Part shown: positions 29,208-38,549 of the stretch, in pieces | How positions within the stretch are numbered: position 1 is the stretch's first letter | How the letters are laid out: the number at the start of each line of letters is the position of its first letter | From: Notoacmeibacter sp. | Lineage (GTDB): Bacteria > Pseudomonadota > Alphaproteobacteria > Rhizobiales > Rhizobiaceae | NCBI GenBank assembly: GCA_019912385.1 | Contig: JAIOIW010000082.1 | Coordinates: 3,515 to 67,514, forward strand | Reading direction: 5' to 3' | Length of the DNA stretch: 64,000 nucleotides | Program-made: the position numbers and the translations under genes | Notes under the pieces: generated by a model | The model's database searches: none | The model's input: the letters and a program-made list of their open reading frames with translations, nothing else | Told to the model about the DNA's origin: nothing

Positions 29208-29827
29208 GATAATTCTCCTGCCGGCTCATTGGCTGGCCGTTGCGCGACGATTGCGTTGATCGAGGAAAGTTCCTGCGCGATTTCATCGGCCGGAGACAGC
29301 ACCGCCGCCGCAGCCTGTTTCCGGCCGGAAAACGCCAGCGTCAGGGCCCAGACGGCTATCCAGGCCGAAGTGGCGGCGCCGGCCACAAGGCCGAGCGCCC
29401 AAAGACCCTGCGGGATCGCCAGATAGCTCCGCAGCGGTGTGATCGACCGGGCGCCGTCCAGCCAGGATCCCCAGGCAAGCCCGCAGGCGCGGTAGGCGAT
29501 AATGCCGAAGACGATCGTGAACGCGGCCCATGCCAGGATATCGAGAGCGAGGCGCAGATATCCCGGAAGGAAATTGCGAACGATGTCGATCCGGATATTG
29601 GCTCGCTGAAGGATTGCGAACGGCAACGCAAAGGTCGTCGTGATGGCGAAGACATAGGAAGTGATCTCGTCGACGCCACCAAAGGACTGCCCGATAAACT
29701 TGCGCATCAGCGCCTCGATGGTGATGACGACCGACATCACGATGAGGGCGGCGCCCGACAACCAGACCAGAAGGCGGGCGGCGCGCACGATCGCGCCATT
29801 CCCGCGCCGCAGGACTCTATCCGTCAT
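29204..29827 (-). CDS. TRAP transporter small permease (DctQ family)
   Basis: ATG 29827 (MTDRVLRRGNGAIVRAARLLVWLSGAALIV) lies 9 nt after AGGAG. Earlier in-frame ATGs at 29836 and 29854 are also possible. Confidence 0.75.
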   Translation of the reverse strand: MTDRVLRRGNGAIVRAARLLVWLSGAALIVMSVVITIEALMRKFIGQSFGGVDEITSYVFAITTTFALPFAILQRANIRIDIVRNFLPGYLRLALDILAWAAFTIVFGIIAYRACGLAWGSWLDGARSITPLRSYLAIPQGLWALGLVAGAATSAWIAVWALTLAFSGRKQAAAAVLSPADEIAQELSSINAIVAQRPANEPAGELS

Positions 29828-29917
29828 GACCGTCATCTCCTGACAGGGGACCACAAGAAGCGGTTATCGCTTGTTGCCGGACCCGGTCTCTGCCGGGTCC
29901 AGTTACCGGCACGCCGA

Positions 29918-30961
29918 TTACTGGCGGGCGTCGACGCCAACCATCTTGCCAGCAGTCTCGTTCCAGCGCGCCGCGCACTCCTCGCCGCAACGCTGGGCGA
30001 AGCGCTTGAGGACGAAATCGGCGAGGAGCTGGCGGCGGATCGCGTCATCCTCCTCGGTCGCCTTGACGAGGGTCATGCCTCCAGGTTCTCCGTACCGGCA
30101 TTGGTCGCCCTCGCCGGTGAGGCAAGCGATCCCCTGCGCCGCCGAGTCGTCCAGCGCCGCCCACGCCTTGTCGGCGAACTTGGCTGCTTCGGCCTCGATC
30201 AGCGCCTGGGTGTCGGCGTCGAGCGTGTTCCATTTCTTGTTCGACATGGCCAGGAAGCCGACACCGGCGGACACCGGCGTCTCGTAGACATATTTGACCA
30301 CGTCTTGCCATTTGGCCGTGTACATGCTGATGCCGCTGGAAATGCCGCAATCGACCACGCCGCGCTGCAGCGCCGGCACGACATCGGCCAGAGGAATGGT
30401 GGCGCTTACACCGCCCAGCCCCTCGGCCATGTCGCCAAGCGTCGTCGAATAGACGCGGATCTTGCGCCCCTTCAGGTCGCCGAGCCCGGAGAACGCATCG
30501 CGGCAGACAAGGATCTGCGCCGGGTAGGGATAATTGGCGAGCAGCTTCAGCCCGTGGATCTTGTCGAACGCATCCGCCACAACCTGGCCATACGCGTCGA
30601 CCATGCGGCGGGACGTCTCGCTGCTGTCCGACGCCAGCGCCAGGTCAATGCCCTCGAATACCGGATTCCCGGACGCGATGTAGGTATAGGCGCCAAAGCC
30701 GGCGTCGAAGACTCCGGTTTGCAGCAGCTTCACCGTCTCGAAACCCTTGAGGCCGAGATCGGTGACCGACTGCACATCGGCAGTGATCTTGCCTCCCGAG
30801 GCCTCCGGAATGGCGGTGTTCCAGAGCGGCGCTTCGTGCTCGGCATACATCGCTCCGATATTCCAAAGCCCGACAACCTTGAATTTCTCTTCGCGGATTT
30901 CGGCGAACGCCGTGCCCGCGAGGAGGCAGATTGCACCGGCGGTTATTACAAATCGCTTCAT
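29918..30961 (-). CDS. TRAP transporter substrate-binding protein (DctP family)
   Basis: 347 aa with signal MKRFVITAGAICLLAGTAFA. First gene of the P-Q-M order. Confidence 0.85.
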   Translation of the reverse strand: MKRFVITAGAICLLAGTAFAEIREEKFKVVGLWNIGAMYAEHEAPLWNTAIPEASGGKITADVQSVTDLGLKGFETVKLLQTGVFDAGFGAYTYIASGNPVFEGIDLALASDSSETSRRMVDAYGQVVADAFDKIHGLKLLANYPYPAQILVCRDAFSGLGDLKGRKIRVYSTTLGDMAEGLGGVSATIPLADVVPALQRGVVDCGISSGISMYTAKWQDVVKYVYETPVSAGVGFLAMSNKKWNTLDADTQALIEAEAAKFADKAWAALDDSAAQGIACLTGEGDQCRYGEPGGMTLVKATEEDDAIRRQLLADFVLKRFAQRCGEECAARWNETAGKMVGVDARQ

Positions 30962-31000
30962 GGTCAGGTTCCCCTATTCGTTCCACGAAGCGATTGAATT

Positions 31001-31026
31001 CCATTTTTTTACAAGCTTGTCAATAC
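31001..31026 (-). promoter_or_regulatory. Shared island motif, copy C (minus strand): TTGACAAGCTTGTAAAAAAATGG, upstream of the TRAP dctP-like gene
   Basis: The reverse complement of 31001-31026 reads GTATTGACAAGCTTGTAAAAAAATGG. It resembles the copies at 31789 and 36839. Confidence 0.3.
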
Positions 31027-31689
31027 CTATCCGAAGCGCGGTGGTTTCGGCTGCTCCTCGGCGTCGATCAGACGACTGACCGAACGCACTGCCTGGGCAG
31101 CCACGACGTCAGCCACCGAGTCGGCGCTCATCTGGCCGTCGGGCCGGAACCAGAAGACCGTGTAGGACAGGATGCCGAGGATACCGAATGCCGCCATTGT
31201 CGGCGAACCGGGAGCGAACTCGCCCGACTTCTGACCTGCTATGATCACATCCCGGTAGAGGCCAACGATGCGGCGTTGAAGCCTGAGGATATCGTCCCGC
31301 TGTTCTTCGGTCAGTTTTGCGGCATTGCGGAGCGGACCGTAGAGGAAGGCATTCACGAAGGGGATGTAGGCGCGATCGTCGAGTTCATGGAAAACCTGTG
31401 CGCGCGCAAGGGTATAGAGCTGCAGAGCAGGATGTGACGGAAGATTTTCGACCGCCTTTTCCATAGCGGTGATCTCATCGGTAATCGCCTTTTCCACCGC
31501 CTCGTAGACAAGCTGCTCCTTGGACGAAAAATAGTGGTACAGCGCCGGGTGCGTTAGCCCGAGACTTGTCGCGATTTCCTTGATTCCTGTGGATTCAAGC
31601 CCGCGCTCCGAGAACACGCGAAGTGCCTCGGTCAGGATGTCCTCACGCCGCTTTGAGTAGCGCTTGGACGGCTTCGCTTCACTCGACAT
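31027..31689 (-). CDS. TetR-family transcriptional regulator
   Basis: 220 aa with an N-terminal HTH (RREDILTEALRVFSERGLESTGIKEIATSLGLTHPALYHYFSSKEQLV). Confidence 0.85.
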   Translation of the reverse strand: MSSEAKPSKRYSKRREDILTEALRVFSERGLESTGIKEIATSLGLTHPALYHYFSSKEQLVYEAVEKAITDEITAMEKAVENLPSHPALQLYTLARAQVFHELDDRAYIPFVNAFLYGPLRNAAKLTEEQRDDILRLQRRIVGLYRDVIIAGQKSGEFAPGSPTMAAFGILGILSYTVFWFRPDGQMSADSVADVVAAQAVRSVSRLIDAEEQPKPPRFG

Positions 31690-31788
31690 GATGCTGCTCC
31701 TAACCCCCGTTTTCCCTGGACCCGTTATCGTGGCACATCAGCCAAAACGCAATACGAGTGCCGGTAGCGATACCACAATCGCATTCAA

Positions 31789-31810
31789 TTGACAGATATG
31801 TTAATATTGG
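31789..31810 (+). promoter_or_regulatory. Shared island motif, copy A: TTGACAGATATGTTAATATTGG, in the tetR/AMP-ligase divergent region
   Basis: Read directly from the sequence. It lies 47 nt upstream of the ligase ATG (31857). Confidence 0.3.
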
Positions 31811-31856
31811 TCGATATTGTTCTGGGCATTGCACGAACGGATTGGCCTACGTCCCG

Positions 31857-33485
31857 ATGAAACACAGCACCTCGACTGTCACAAGCCCGTTAGCGGCCGC
31901 CATGGACCGCACACGCGAGATCGGCGAAGCCGTACCGCGGACAACGATCGGCCGCGCCGTAACCGATGCATGCGCCCGTTTTGCCGATCGCGTGGCGATC
32001 GAAGTCTTCGAGCGCAAGGAACTGATAACTTTCGCGCAGTTCGAGACGCTGACCCATCGATATGCTCGCGCCCTTCTTTCGATGGGTGTCGGCCCGGGCG
32101 ACCGCGTGGCAATCATGCTTCCCAATCGCCTGGCCTATCCGGCGCTCTTCATCGCGCTTGCCCGCATCGGTGCGATTCACGTGCCCGTCAATACGCGCTA
32201 CACGCCGAAGGAAGTCGCCTATGTCGTGAATGACGCGGGCACGCGCCTTCTTCTCCACGATGTGATGTTCAGCAACACGATCGAAGGGCTATCCGCCGAA
32301 CTGCGGCAGGCGGTGAGGACTGCGGGTCTCGGCGAGGGCGAAGGCGAATTCGAATGTATCGCTGCCGCCTGCCCGCCTGACCCCGTCGATTTTCCGGAGA
32401 TCGGCCCCGACAGCCTGGCCAATATCCAGTACACGTCGGGCACAACCGGCTTCCCCAAGGGCTGCATGCTGACACACGACTATTGGCTGGTTCTCGCCCA
32501 TGCTGCGATCGGCTGGGACGCCGAACCGGCCCGTCGTGTCCTGTCAGCCCAGCCCTATTTCTACATGGATCCGCAATGGATCACGCTGAAGGCGCTCCTG
32601 ACCGGCGCGACACTGGTGATGGCGCCGGGTCTTTCCTCCTCGCGTTTCCTTGGCTGGATCCATGACCAGGCAATCGAGTGGTGCATGTTTCCGCTACTGA
32701 TGACGCGGCAGCCACCATCGCCGAGCGATTCGGAAACGCCGTTGAAGCAGGTCGCGACTTTCGGCTGGCCACCGGAGACCTGCCGCGAGTTCAAACAACG
32801 CTTCGGCGTCACCGCGCGCGAGGGTTTCGGAATGACGGAAATAGGGCTCGGGACCTGGATGCCGCCGGAACTGAACGACATGTTCGATTCCGGAAGCGTC
32901 GGTTTTGCCGCGCCTTGCCGCGAGACGACGATCCGCGACGAGAACGGGCATCCCGTCGCGAATGGCGAGACCGGCGAATTGTGGATACGCGGCCGCTCGA
33001 TCTTCCAGGGCTATTGGAACAAGCCAGAAGCTAACACCGAGGCGTTCCGCGAGGGCGGCTGGTTTCGATCCGGCGACCTGTTTCGCCAGGACGACAGGGG
33101 TTTTCTCTACATCGTCGGCCGGCTCAAGGACATGATCCGGCGGTCTCAGGAAAACATTGCCGCGCGCGAAGTCGAGGCCGTGATCTGCCTGCTCCCGGAG
33201 GTCGAGGACGCCGCCGCCATTCCGGTTCCCGATCCAATCCGCGGCGAGGAAGTGAAGATTTATGTCCAACTCAAGGACGGCGTCGGCCGCCACGCGCTGC
33301 CGGTCGATACGATCCTCGCGCATGCACGCAAGCACCTGGCGGCATTCAAGATCCCGCGATACATCGGCTTTGTCGACAGCTTCCCGCGCACTGCGTCCAA
33401 CAAGGTCGAGAAGAAGACGCTGATCGCCGGTGCCGGCGACCTGCGCACCGGCGCATACGATGCCGAGGAGCGGATTTGGAGATAA
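31857..33485 (+). CDS. AMP-dependent synthetase/ligase (acyl- or aryl-CoA ligase family)
   Basis: ATG 31857 (MKHSTSTV...). Contains the AMP-binding motif YTSGTTGFPKG, then GWFRSGD, and a C-terminal PRTASNKVEK. Confidence 0.85.
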   Translation: MKHSTSTVTSPLAAAMDRTREIGEAVPRTTIGRAVTDACARFADRVAIEVFERKELITFAQFETLTHRYARALLSMGVGPGDRVAIMLPNRLAYPALFIALARIGAIHVPVNTRYTPKEVAYVVNDAGTRLLLHDVMFSNTIEGLSAELRQAVRTAGLGEGEGEFECIAAACPPDPVDFPEIGPDSLANIQYTSGTTGFPKGCMLTHDYWLVLAHAAIGWDAEPARRVLSAQPYFYMDPQWITLKALLTGATLVMAPGLSSSRFLGWIHDQAIEWCMFPLLMTRQPPSPSDSETPLKQVATFGWPPETCREFKQRFGVTAREGFGMTEIGLGTWMPPELNDMFDSGSVGFAAPCRETTIRDENGHPVANGETGELWIRGRSIFQGYWNKPEANTEAFREGGWFRSGDLFRQDDRGFLYIVGRLKDMIRRSQENIAAREVEAVICLLPEVEDAAAIPVPDPIRGEEVKIYVQLKDGVGRHALPVDTILAHARKHLAAFKIPRYIGFVDSFPRTASNKVEKKTLIAGAGDLRTGAYDAEERIWR

Positions 33486-33615
33486 CCGGCGGCGGACTTC
33501 CGGCTTTATGGCGAGCCGGCGGATTATCTCGGTTCAGCGAAGACTCGCCGTGTCGTGTCCGGCATGTGTCGGCCAATTTCGCCAGCAAGCGGATGCAGCG
33601 GCGACGACGCTCCGG

Positions 33616-34767
33616 CTATCCGAGCATGTTTCTCAGCACGCGGTTGAAAATGCGTGCGCCGATTGCGATCAGGTCGTCGGGAAAATCATAATCGGGATTG
33701 TGCAGGTGCGGCCGCCCCGTACCAGCGCCGAGCAGAAACATCGCCAGATGCGTGCCATCCTTGCCGAATCCGCCGAAATCCTCCGAGCCGCGCAAGGGCA
33801 GATCGCCGGCGTCGTGTCCTATCCCCTCGTCTTCGAGGGCACGCTGGAGCAGGCCGACGGCGGTGGCATCATTCCTGCAATCGGCGAAAACATTGTCGTA
33901 TTCGATTTCGGCGGCAAGACCGGTCCTGGCCGCCGCCACATGGACGAGGCTTTCGGCCTCGAGGCGCAGTTCTTCCATCCGGCGGTCTGTGAGCGTGCGA
34001 AGAGTCACCCAGATCTCGGCATTTCCGGGCGCTACCCCGAATACGCGTTCGCCGACCTCGACATGGGTCACGGTGGTCATCGCGAATTGCGGATCCGGCA
34101 GGCTTGCCGAACCCAGACGGGCGAGCGCCGGCACGATCTGCAGAACCGCCGGGAGCGGTGAGGTCCCGGTCTCCGGCATCGAGGCATGGGCCGTCCGGCC
34201 CGAAAGGCCGATGCGCATTCCCCGCGACGCGCAGGTGAAGGGACCTTCCACCAAGGCAACATGTCCAAGCGGGATTCCCGGCATGTTGTGGTACGCGAAA
34301 ACGAAGTCCGGCTTGATCGATCGATAGTCTGGATCGGCGACAACTGCAGCGGCTCCGGCTCCATTCTCCTCGGCGGGTTGGAACATGAGGATGACGCGGC
34401 CCCGCGCGGGCCTTTGACGTGACAGACCGCGGGCCAGCGCCATCAATGTCGTCATGTGCCCGTCGTGACCGCACTGGTGGCCCCTGCCCGGCCTGGTCGA
34501 ACGGTACGGGAGGTCGGATATTTCCTCGATCGCCAGGCCATCGAGTTCGGCCCGGAACATCACCGTCGGACCCGGCTCCCTGCCCGCATAGACCGCGGCC
34601 AGGCCATGCCCTCCCAATCCTTCCACCAGGGCATCGGGTTTCGTGGCAGCCAGGGCACGGCGCACTTCGCCGGCAGTCTCAACTTCCTCGCCTGACAATT
34701 CGGGCATGGAGTGCAGCTTGCGCCGCCAACCGGTCAATTCGATCACATCCTGGTTTGTCAGAAACAT
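33616..34767 (-). CDS. M20-family amidohydrolase
   Basis: 383 aa with WRRKLHSMPELSGEE, GHQCGHDGH and FQPAEE motifs. Paralogue of the gene at 18121-19305. Confidence 0.85.
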   Translation of the reverse strand: MFLTNQDVIELTGWRRKLHSMPELSGEEVETAGEVRRALAATKPDALVEGLGGHGLAAVYAGREPGPTVMFRAELDGLAIEEISDLPYRSTRPGRGHQCGHDGHMTTLMALARGLSRQRPARGRVILMFQPAEENGAGAAAVVADPDYRSIKPDFVFAYHNMPGIPLGHVALVEGPFTCASRGMRIGLSGRTAHASMPETGTSPLPAVLQIVPALARLGSASLPDPQFAMTTVTHVEVGERVFGVAPGNAEIWVTLRTLTDRRMEELRLEAESLVHVAAARTGLAAEIEYDNVFADCRNDATAVGLLQRALEDEGIGHDAGDLPLRGSEDFGGFGKDGTHLAMFLLGAGTGRPHLHNPDYDFPDDLIAIGARIFNRVLRNMLG

Positions 34768-34807
34768 CAGTGTCTTTCCGGGTAAATGAAGATTTCTCGA
34801 AGAACCG

Positions 34808-35875
34808 TCAGGCCGAAGCCCGATAATGAGCCGCGGCGCGGTTCAGCATGCCGAACAAATCCCGCGGATCGTCCGGGTCAGCCAGGAGGTCGAGGCGGGA
34901 GGAGAACGGGTGGATCCTGATCTGGTCATTAACATACCGCAGTGCCGAGAAGTCCTCGATCGCGAAACCAACGCTGTCGAACAGGGTGATATCGCGCGCG
35001 TTCGAACGTCCCGGCGCGGCGCCGGCAATCACCTCCCAGAGTTCGGTGACCTGATGATCGGCATCAAGCTGCTGGATCTCGCCTTCGATCCTGGTTTGAG
35101 GCGCGTATTCGACGAAGATCTCCGAACGATGCAGGATGTCCGGATGGACCTCGGTCTTGCCCGGGCAATCCCCCCCGATCGCGTTGATGTGGACGCCATC
35201 GCCAACCATGTTGTCAGTCAGGACAGTCGCATGCTGCTTGTCGGCGGTGCAGGTCGTGACGACCTGCACCGCCTCGATGGCCTGCTCCCCGGAACTGCAT
35301 TGAACGACCTTCAGTCCGGCTCGTTCGAGATTGCGGGCGGCTTTCCTGGTCACGGACGGGTCGATGTCGTAGAGGCGGACCGTGTCGATCCCCAGGATGG
35401 CCTTGAACGCCAGGGCCTGGAATTCGCACTGTGCGCCGTTGCCGATCATACCCATCGCGCGGCTACCGGCAGGCGCGAGATACCTGGCAGCCAGAGCGGA
35501 CATCGCCGCCGTCCGCATGGCCGTCAGAATCGTCATCTCCGACAGGAGAACCGGATATCCGCTGTTCAGATCGGCAAGAACACCGAAAGCGGTCACCGTC
35601 TGCCTTCCGGATCGCGCGTTCTTCGGATGTCCATTGACGTATTTGAAGCCGTAGGAGTTGCCGTCGCTCGTCGGCATCAGTTCGATCACGCCGTCCGCGC
35701 AATGCGCGGCAATGCGCGGCGTCTTGTCGAATTGCTGCCAGCGCCTGAAATCCTGTTCGATGTACCCGGCAAGGTCCAACAGGAAGCGCTCGATCCCGAT
35801 ATCCAGGATCAGGTGCATCATTTGATCGACGCTCACGAAGGGAACGAAGCTCAAGGGGCCCGGTCCATATTGCAT
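34808..35875 (-). CDS. Ornithine cyclodeaminase/mu-crystallin family protein
   Basis: ATG 35875 (MQYGPGPLSFVPFVSVDQMMHLILDIGIERFL) lies 9 nt after GGAGG. The N-terminus is collinear with OCD-type proteins and there is a GNGAQ Rossmann motif. Confidence 0.85.
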   Translation of the reverse strand: MQYGPGPLSFVPFVSVDQMMHLILDIGIERFLLDLAGYIEQDFRRWQQFDKTPRIAAHCADGVIELMPTSDGNSYGFKYVNGHPKNARSGRQTVTAFGVLADLNSGYPVLLSEMTILTAMRTAAMSALAARYLAPAGSRAMGMIGNGAQCEFQALAFKAILGIDTVRLYDIDPSVTRKAARNLERAGLKVVQCSSGEQAIEAVQVVTTCTADKQHATVLTDNMVGDGVHINAIGGDCPGKTEVHPDILHRSEIFVEYAPQTRIEGEIQQLDADHQVTELWEVIAGAAPGRSNARDITLFDSVGFAIEDFSALRYVNDQIRIHPFSSRLDLLADPDDPRDLFGMLNRAAAHYRASA

Positions 35876-35989
35876 TGGTGCATACCTCCACGATCCCGGC
35901 AATTTGCCGGTTCGCCTTCCCTTTGGTGCAGGGACGGCGGTATCCTTCGATGTTCCTGCGCGGCGATGGCGATCCGACAGACCGGTTTC

Positions 35990-36796
35990 CTATTTCGAAG
36001 CCGCCCTCAGGTGTTCCAGGAGGCGATCTGCGAGAATTTCGGGGGCTTCAACATTGGGCTGGTGACCGACGCCATCGAAGACCTCAAGCACGCTTCCCGT
36101 GATACCCTGCGAAATCGTTTTCGATTTTTCCGGAGGGTTTGCGCCATCGAGCGCTCCGCAAAACACATATGTCGGACAGGCGACGTGAGCCAGCATGTGG
36201 CGGATATCGACCCGGCGGAGGATCGGCGCCGAGGCACGGGCGACTGCAGGGCCGTCATTCGAGACGATGAGCTGGCGTTCCCGCGCCAGGATATCGGCAC
36301 GATCGGGATCGGTTCTGAACGGCTCGCCGTAGAGGATGGGCAGGAGCCGGTCGACGACGCTCTCCGGATCAACCGCAAATCCGTTCAGCAGCAGGTTTTC
36401 ATACTTGACGACCTTTTCGATGGGCTCGGCTTCGGCCGACGCGCCCCCGATCGCCAGCGACCTGATCCGCTCGGGCCTCTGGGCAGCCAGCCGTATCCCG
36501 GCGACGCCGCCGACCGACATGCCGACCCAGTGGAAGCTGTCCAATCCCAGAGCGTCCGCTACTCCCATCACGTCGTGGCAGAGATTGTCGACGTCGTAGC
36601 CTCCAAGAGGCTTGCCGCTGCGCCCCATGCCTCGCCAGTCGATCGTGATACAACGGTACTGCGCGGAGAGGCGCGCGATCTGTTGTTCGTACATTCTTCC
36701 GCTGAAAAACAGCGCATGCGTGAATATGACCGGATCCGGTCCGTCGCCGAATTCCTCGACGAACAAATCCGCCCCATTTATTTGCATCATCGGCAT
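35990..36796 (-). CDS. Alpha/beta-fold hydrolase
   Basis: ATG 36796 (MPMMQINGADLFVEEFG) lies 5 nt after AGGAGG. Shows the nucleophile elbow GMSVGG and an HG-type oxyanion region (VIFTHALFF). Confidence 0.8.
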   Translation of the reverse strand: MPMMQINGADLFVEEFGDGPDPVIFTHALFFSGRMYEQQIARLSAQYRCITIDWRGMGRSGKPLGGYDVDNLCHDVMGVADALGLDSFHWVGMSVGGVAGIRLAAQRPERIRSLAIGGASAEAEPIEKVVKYENLLLNGFAVDPESVVDRLLPILYGEPFRTDPDRADILARERQLIVSNDGPAVARASAPILRRVDIRHMLAHVACPTYVFCGALDGANPPEKSKTISQGITGSVLEVFDGVGHQPNVEAPEILADRLLEHLRAASK

Positions 36797-36838
36797 CGCC
36801 ACCTCCTGATCGACCGAACTCAATCCGCTTGCGCGTTT

Positions 36839-36860
36839 TTTACAATTATGTTAATTTTTT
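36839..36860 (+). promoter_or_regulatory. Shared island motif, copy B: TTTACAATTATGTTAATTTTTT, in the hydrolase/AMP-ligase divergent region
   Basis: 16 of 22 positions are identical to copy A, including a contiguous TATGTTAAT. Confidence 0.3.
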
Positions 36861-36912
36861 AATCCCGTCAATTCTTGAAGTGAACCTCAACCAGCACGGT
36901 AAAGGCGCAGGA

Positions 36913-38424
36913 ATGCCCGAAACTCTCCCTCAGTTCGCGACTCTGGACGCTGTTCTCGAACATTATGCGCAATGCACACCGGAAGCAGAAGTTGCTGTTG
37001 ATGGCACGACGCGCTATGGTTACCATCAATTAAATGAGCTTGTTAATGCCTATTGCCAATGGATCGAGGCCCGGGGCATCACAGCGGGTGATCGCGTCGC
37101 GCTGCTCGCATCGCCGGGGATCCCATACCTGCTTACTCTCATGGCCGCTTCCAGGCTCGGTGCAATTTACGTAGGTGTCAATCCACGCTACTCTGTCGAT
37201 GAGATTGCGCATGTCATCGCGGTAACAGACCCGAAGATTCTGCTCCATGCGGAGGTTCCCAACGATGACGCGTTGGTCGATCGGGCGCGGTCGGCAGCCG
37301 GGCAGATTGACGTCCTGCCGGTTCCTGATCTGCATATACCGGACCTCGACTCCGCGCCGCGAAAGAGCCCCGCCCTGCCCGGCGACGTCGCGGTGATCGT
37401 CTTTACCTCCGGTTCGACGGGAAAACCCAAGGGTGCGGCCCTGCACCACAGCGGGTTGATCAATGCCGCGCTATCACAGCACGATCACCTGGACAGCGAG
37501 CCTCGGCGCTACATCTCCAACCTCCCGATCAATCATGTCGGCGCCATCATGAACACGACGCTGGGATGCCTCGTCGGCGGCGGCACGCTTGTCTTCCAGG
37601 CGAAGTTCGATCCCGCCGGCGTACTCGATCTGATCGAAATCGAAAAGATCGAGACGTGGCTGCAAGTGCCAGCCATGTTCACGCTCGTCGTGAACCATCC
37701 GGATTTCGGCAAGGCGGACCTGTCTTCGCTGAAATCCATCTGCATTGGCGGGGGAGCGATCTCTGCCCCGACCCTGAACAAACTCCGCAAGACCGGCGCG
37801 GTCATTTTCGTCGAATACGGTCAGACCGAGGTCATGAGTTCACTCTCCTATTCGGAACAAGGTGCCGACGACGATATCCTGCTCAACACAATCGGGAAAT
37901 TCGACCCGCGTTTCGAGACACGGATAGCCGGCGAGAGCGGGAAAACCTGCGCGGTTGGCGAAACGGGCGAAATCCAGGCCCGGGGCGATTGTGTCCTGCG
38001 CAGTTACTGGGGCGATGAAACGTCAACGCGCAATGCGTTCACATCCGACGGATGGTTGAAGACCGGCGATCTTGCCGTGCTGCGCCCGGACGGCAATGTG
38101 TCGATCAGGGGACGCCTGCGCGAGATGATCAAGTCGGGCGGCTACAATGTGTATCCACGTGAAGTCGAGGCCGTGATCGAGACCCACCCGTCGGTAGCCG
38201 AGGTCGTCGTCTACGGCGTTGCGGATGAAATTTATGGCGAAGCGGTCCATTGCACCGTCGAGTGCAAGCCGGGTCGTACCGTCAGCGCCGAAATGCTCAA
38301 GCGGCATTGCACGGGCTCATTGGCGAATTACAAGATCCCCAAGGTTTTTTCCGTTGTTTCGACTCTGCCGCGCCTGAGCAATGGTAAAATTGACCGCGCA
38401 CAATTTCGTCATGATCGAATTTAA
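36913..38424 (+). CDS. AMP-dependent synthetase/ligase (second paralogue)
   Basis: ATG 36913 (MPETLPQFATLDAV). Contains FTSGSTGKPKG, GWLKTGD and a C-terminal PRLSNGKIDR. Confidence 0.85.
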   Translation: MPETLPQFATLDAVLEHYAQCTPEAEVAVDGTTRYGYHQLNELVNAYCQWIEARGITAGDRVALLASPGIPYLLTLMAASRLGAIYVGVNPRYSVDEIAHVIAVTDPKILLHAEVPNDDALVDRARSAAGQIDVLPVPDLHIPDLDSAPRKSPALPGDVAVIVFTSGSTGKPKGAALHHSGLINAALSQHDHLDSEPRRYISNLPINHVGAIMNTTLGCLVGGGTLVFQAKFDPAGVLDLIEIEKIETWLQVPAMFTLVVNHPDFGKADLSSLKSICIGGGAISAPTLNKLRKTGAVIFVEYGQTEVMSSLSYSEQGADDDILLNTIGKFDPRFETRIAGESGKTCAVGETGEIQARGDCVLRSYWGDETSTRNAFTSDGWLKTGDLAVLRPDGNVSIRGRLREMIKSGGYNVYPREVEAVIETHPSVAEVVVYGVADEIYGEAVHCTVECKPGRTVSAEMLKRHCTGSLANYKIPKVFSVVSTLPRLSNGKIDRAQFRHDRI

Positions 38425-38549
38425 CGTATTGCTCTCAATAGTGAATTATTTTTTTCATATTTTACTATCCTTTTTCTTAATATATTTCCATATTTAGTTT
38501 GGTTTCACTACGGTCGTAAACCACTTACTCTCTCCGCAGTCTCACGCTC

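Noticed and set aside
31789-31818. Reading TTGACA...TAATAT / GATATT in the tetR-ligase intergenic region as a simple sigma-70 promoter
   Set aside because: TTGACA to TAATAT spacing is only about 7 nt. An 18-nt spacing to GATATT (31813-31818) is possible but weak. The recurrence of the whole 22-bp block at two other sites argues for an operator-type motif, so I report it as a shared motif rather than a promoter.
34826-36862. 678-aa plus-strand ORF spanning the OCD and alpha/beta-hydrolase genes. Similar long shadow ORFs occur at 14952-16163, 23215-24852, 29240-30997, 20283-21224 and 24825-25655.
   Set aside because: They run antisense to genes with clear family signatures and have Arg/Gly/Asp-rich low-complexity composition typical of high-GC shadow frames. 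None has a recognisable domain or a start context.
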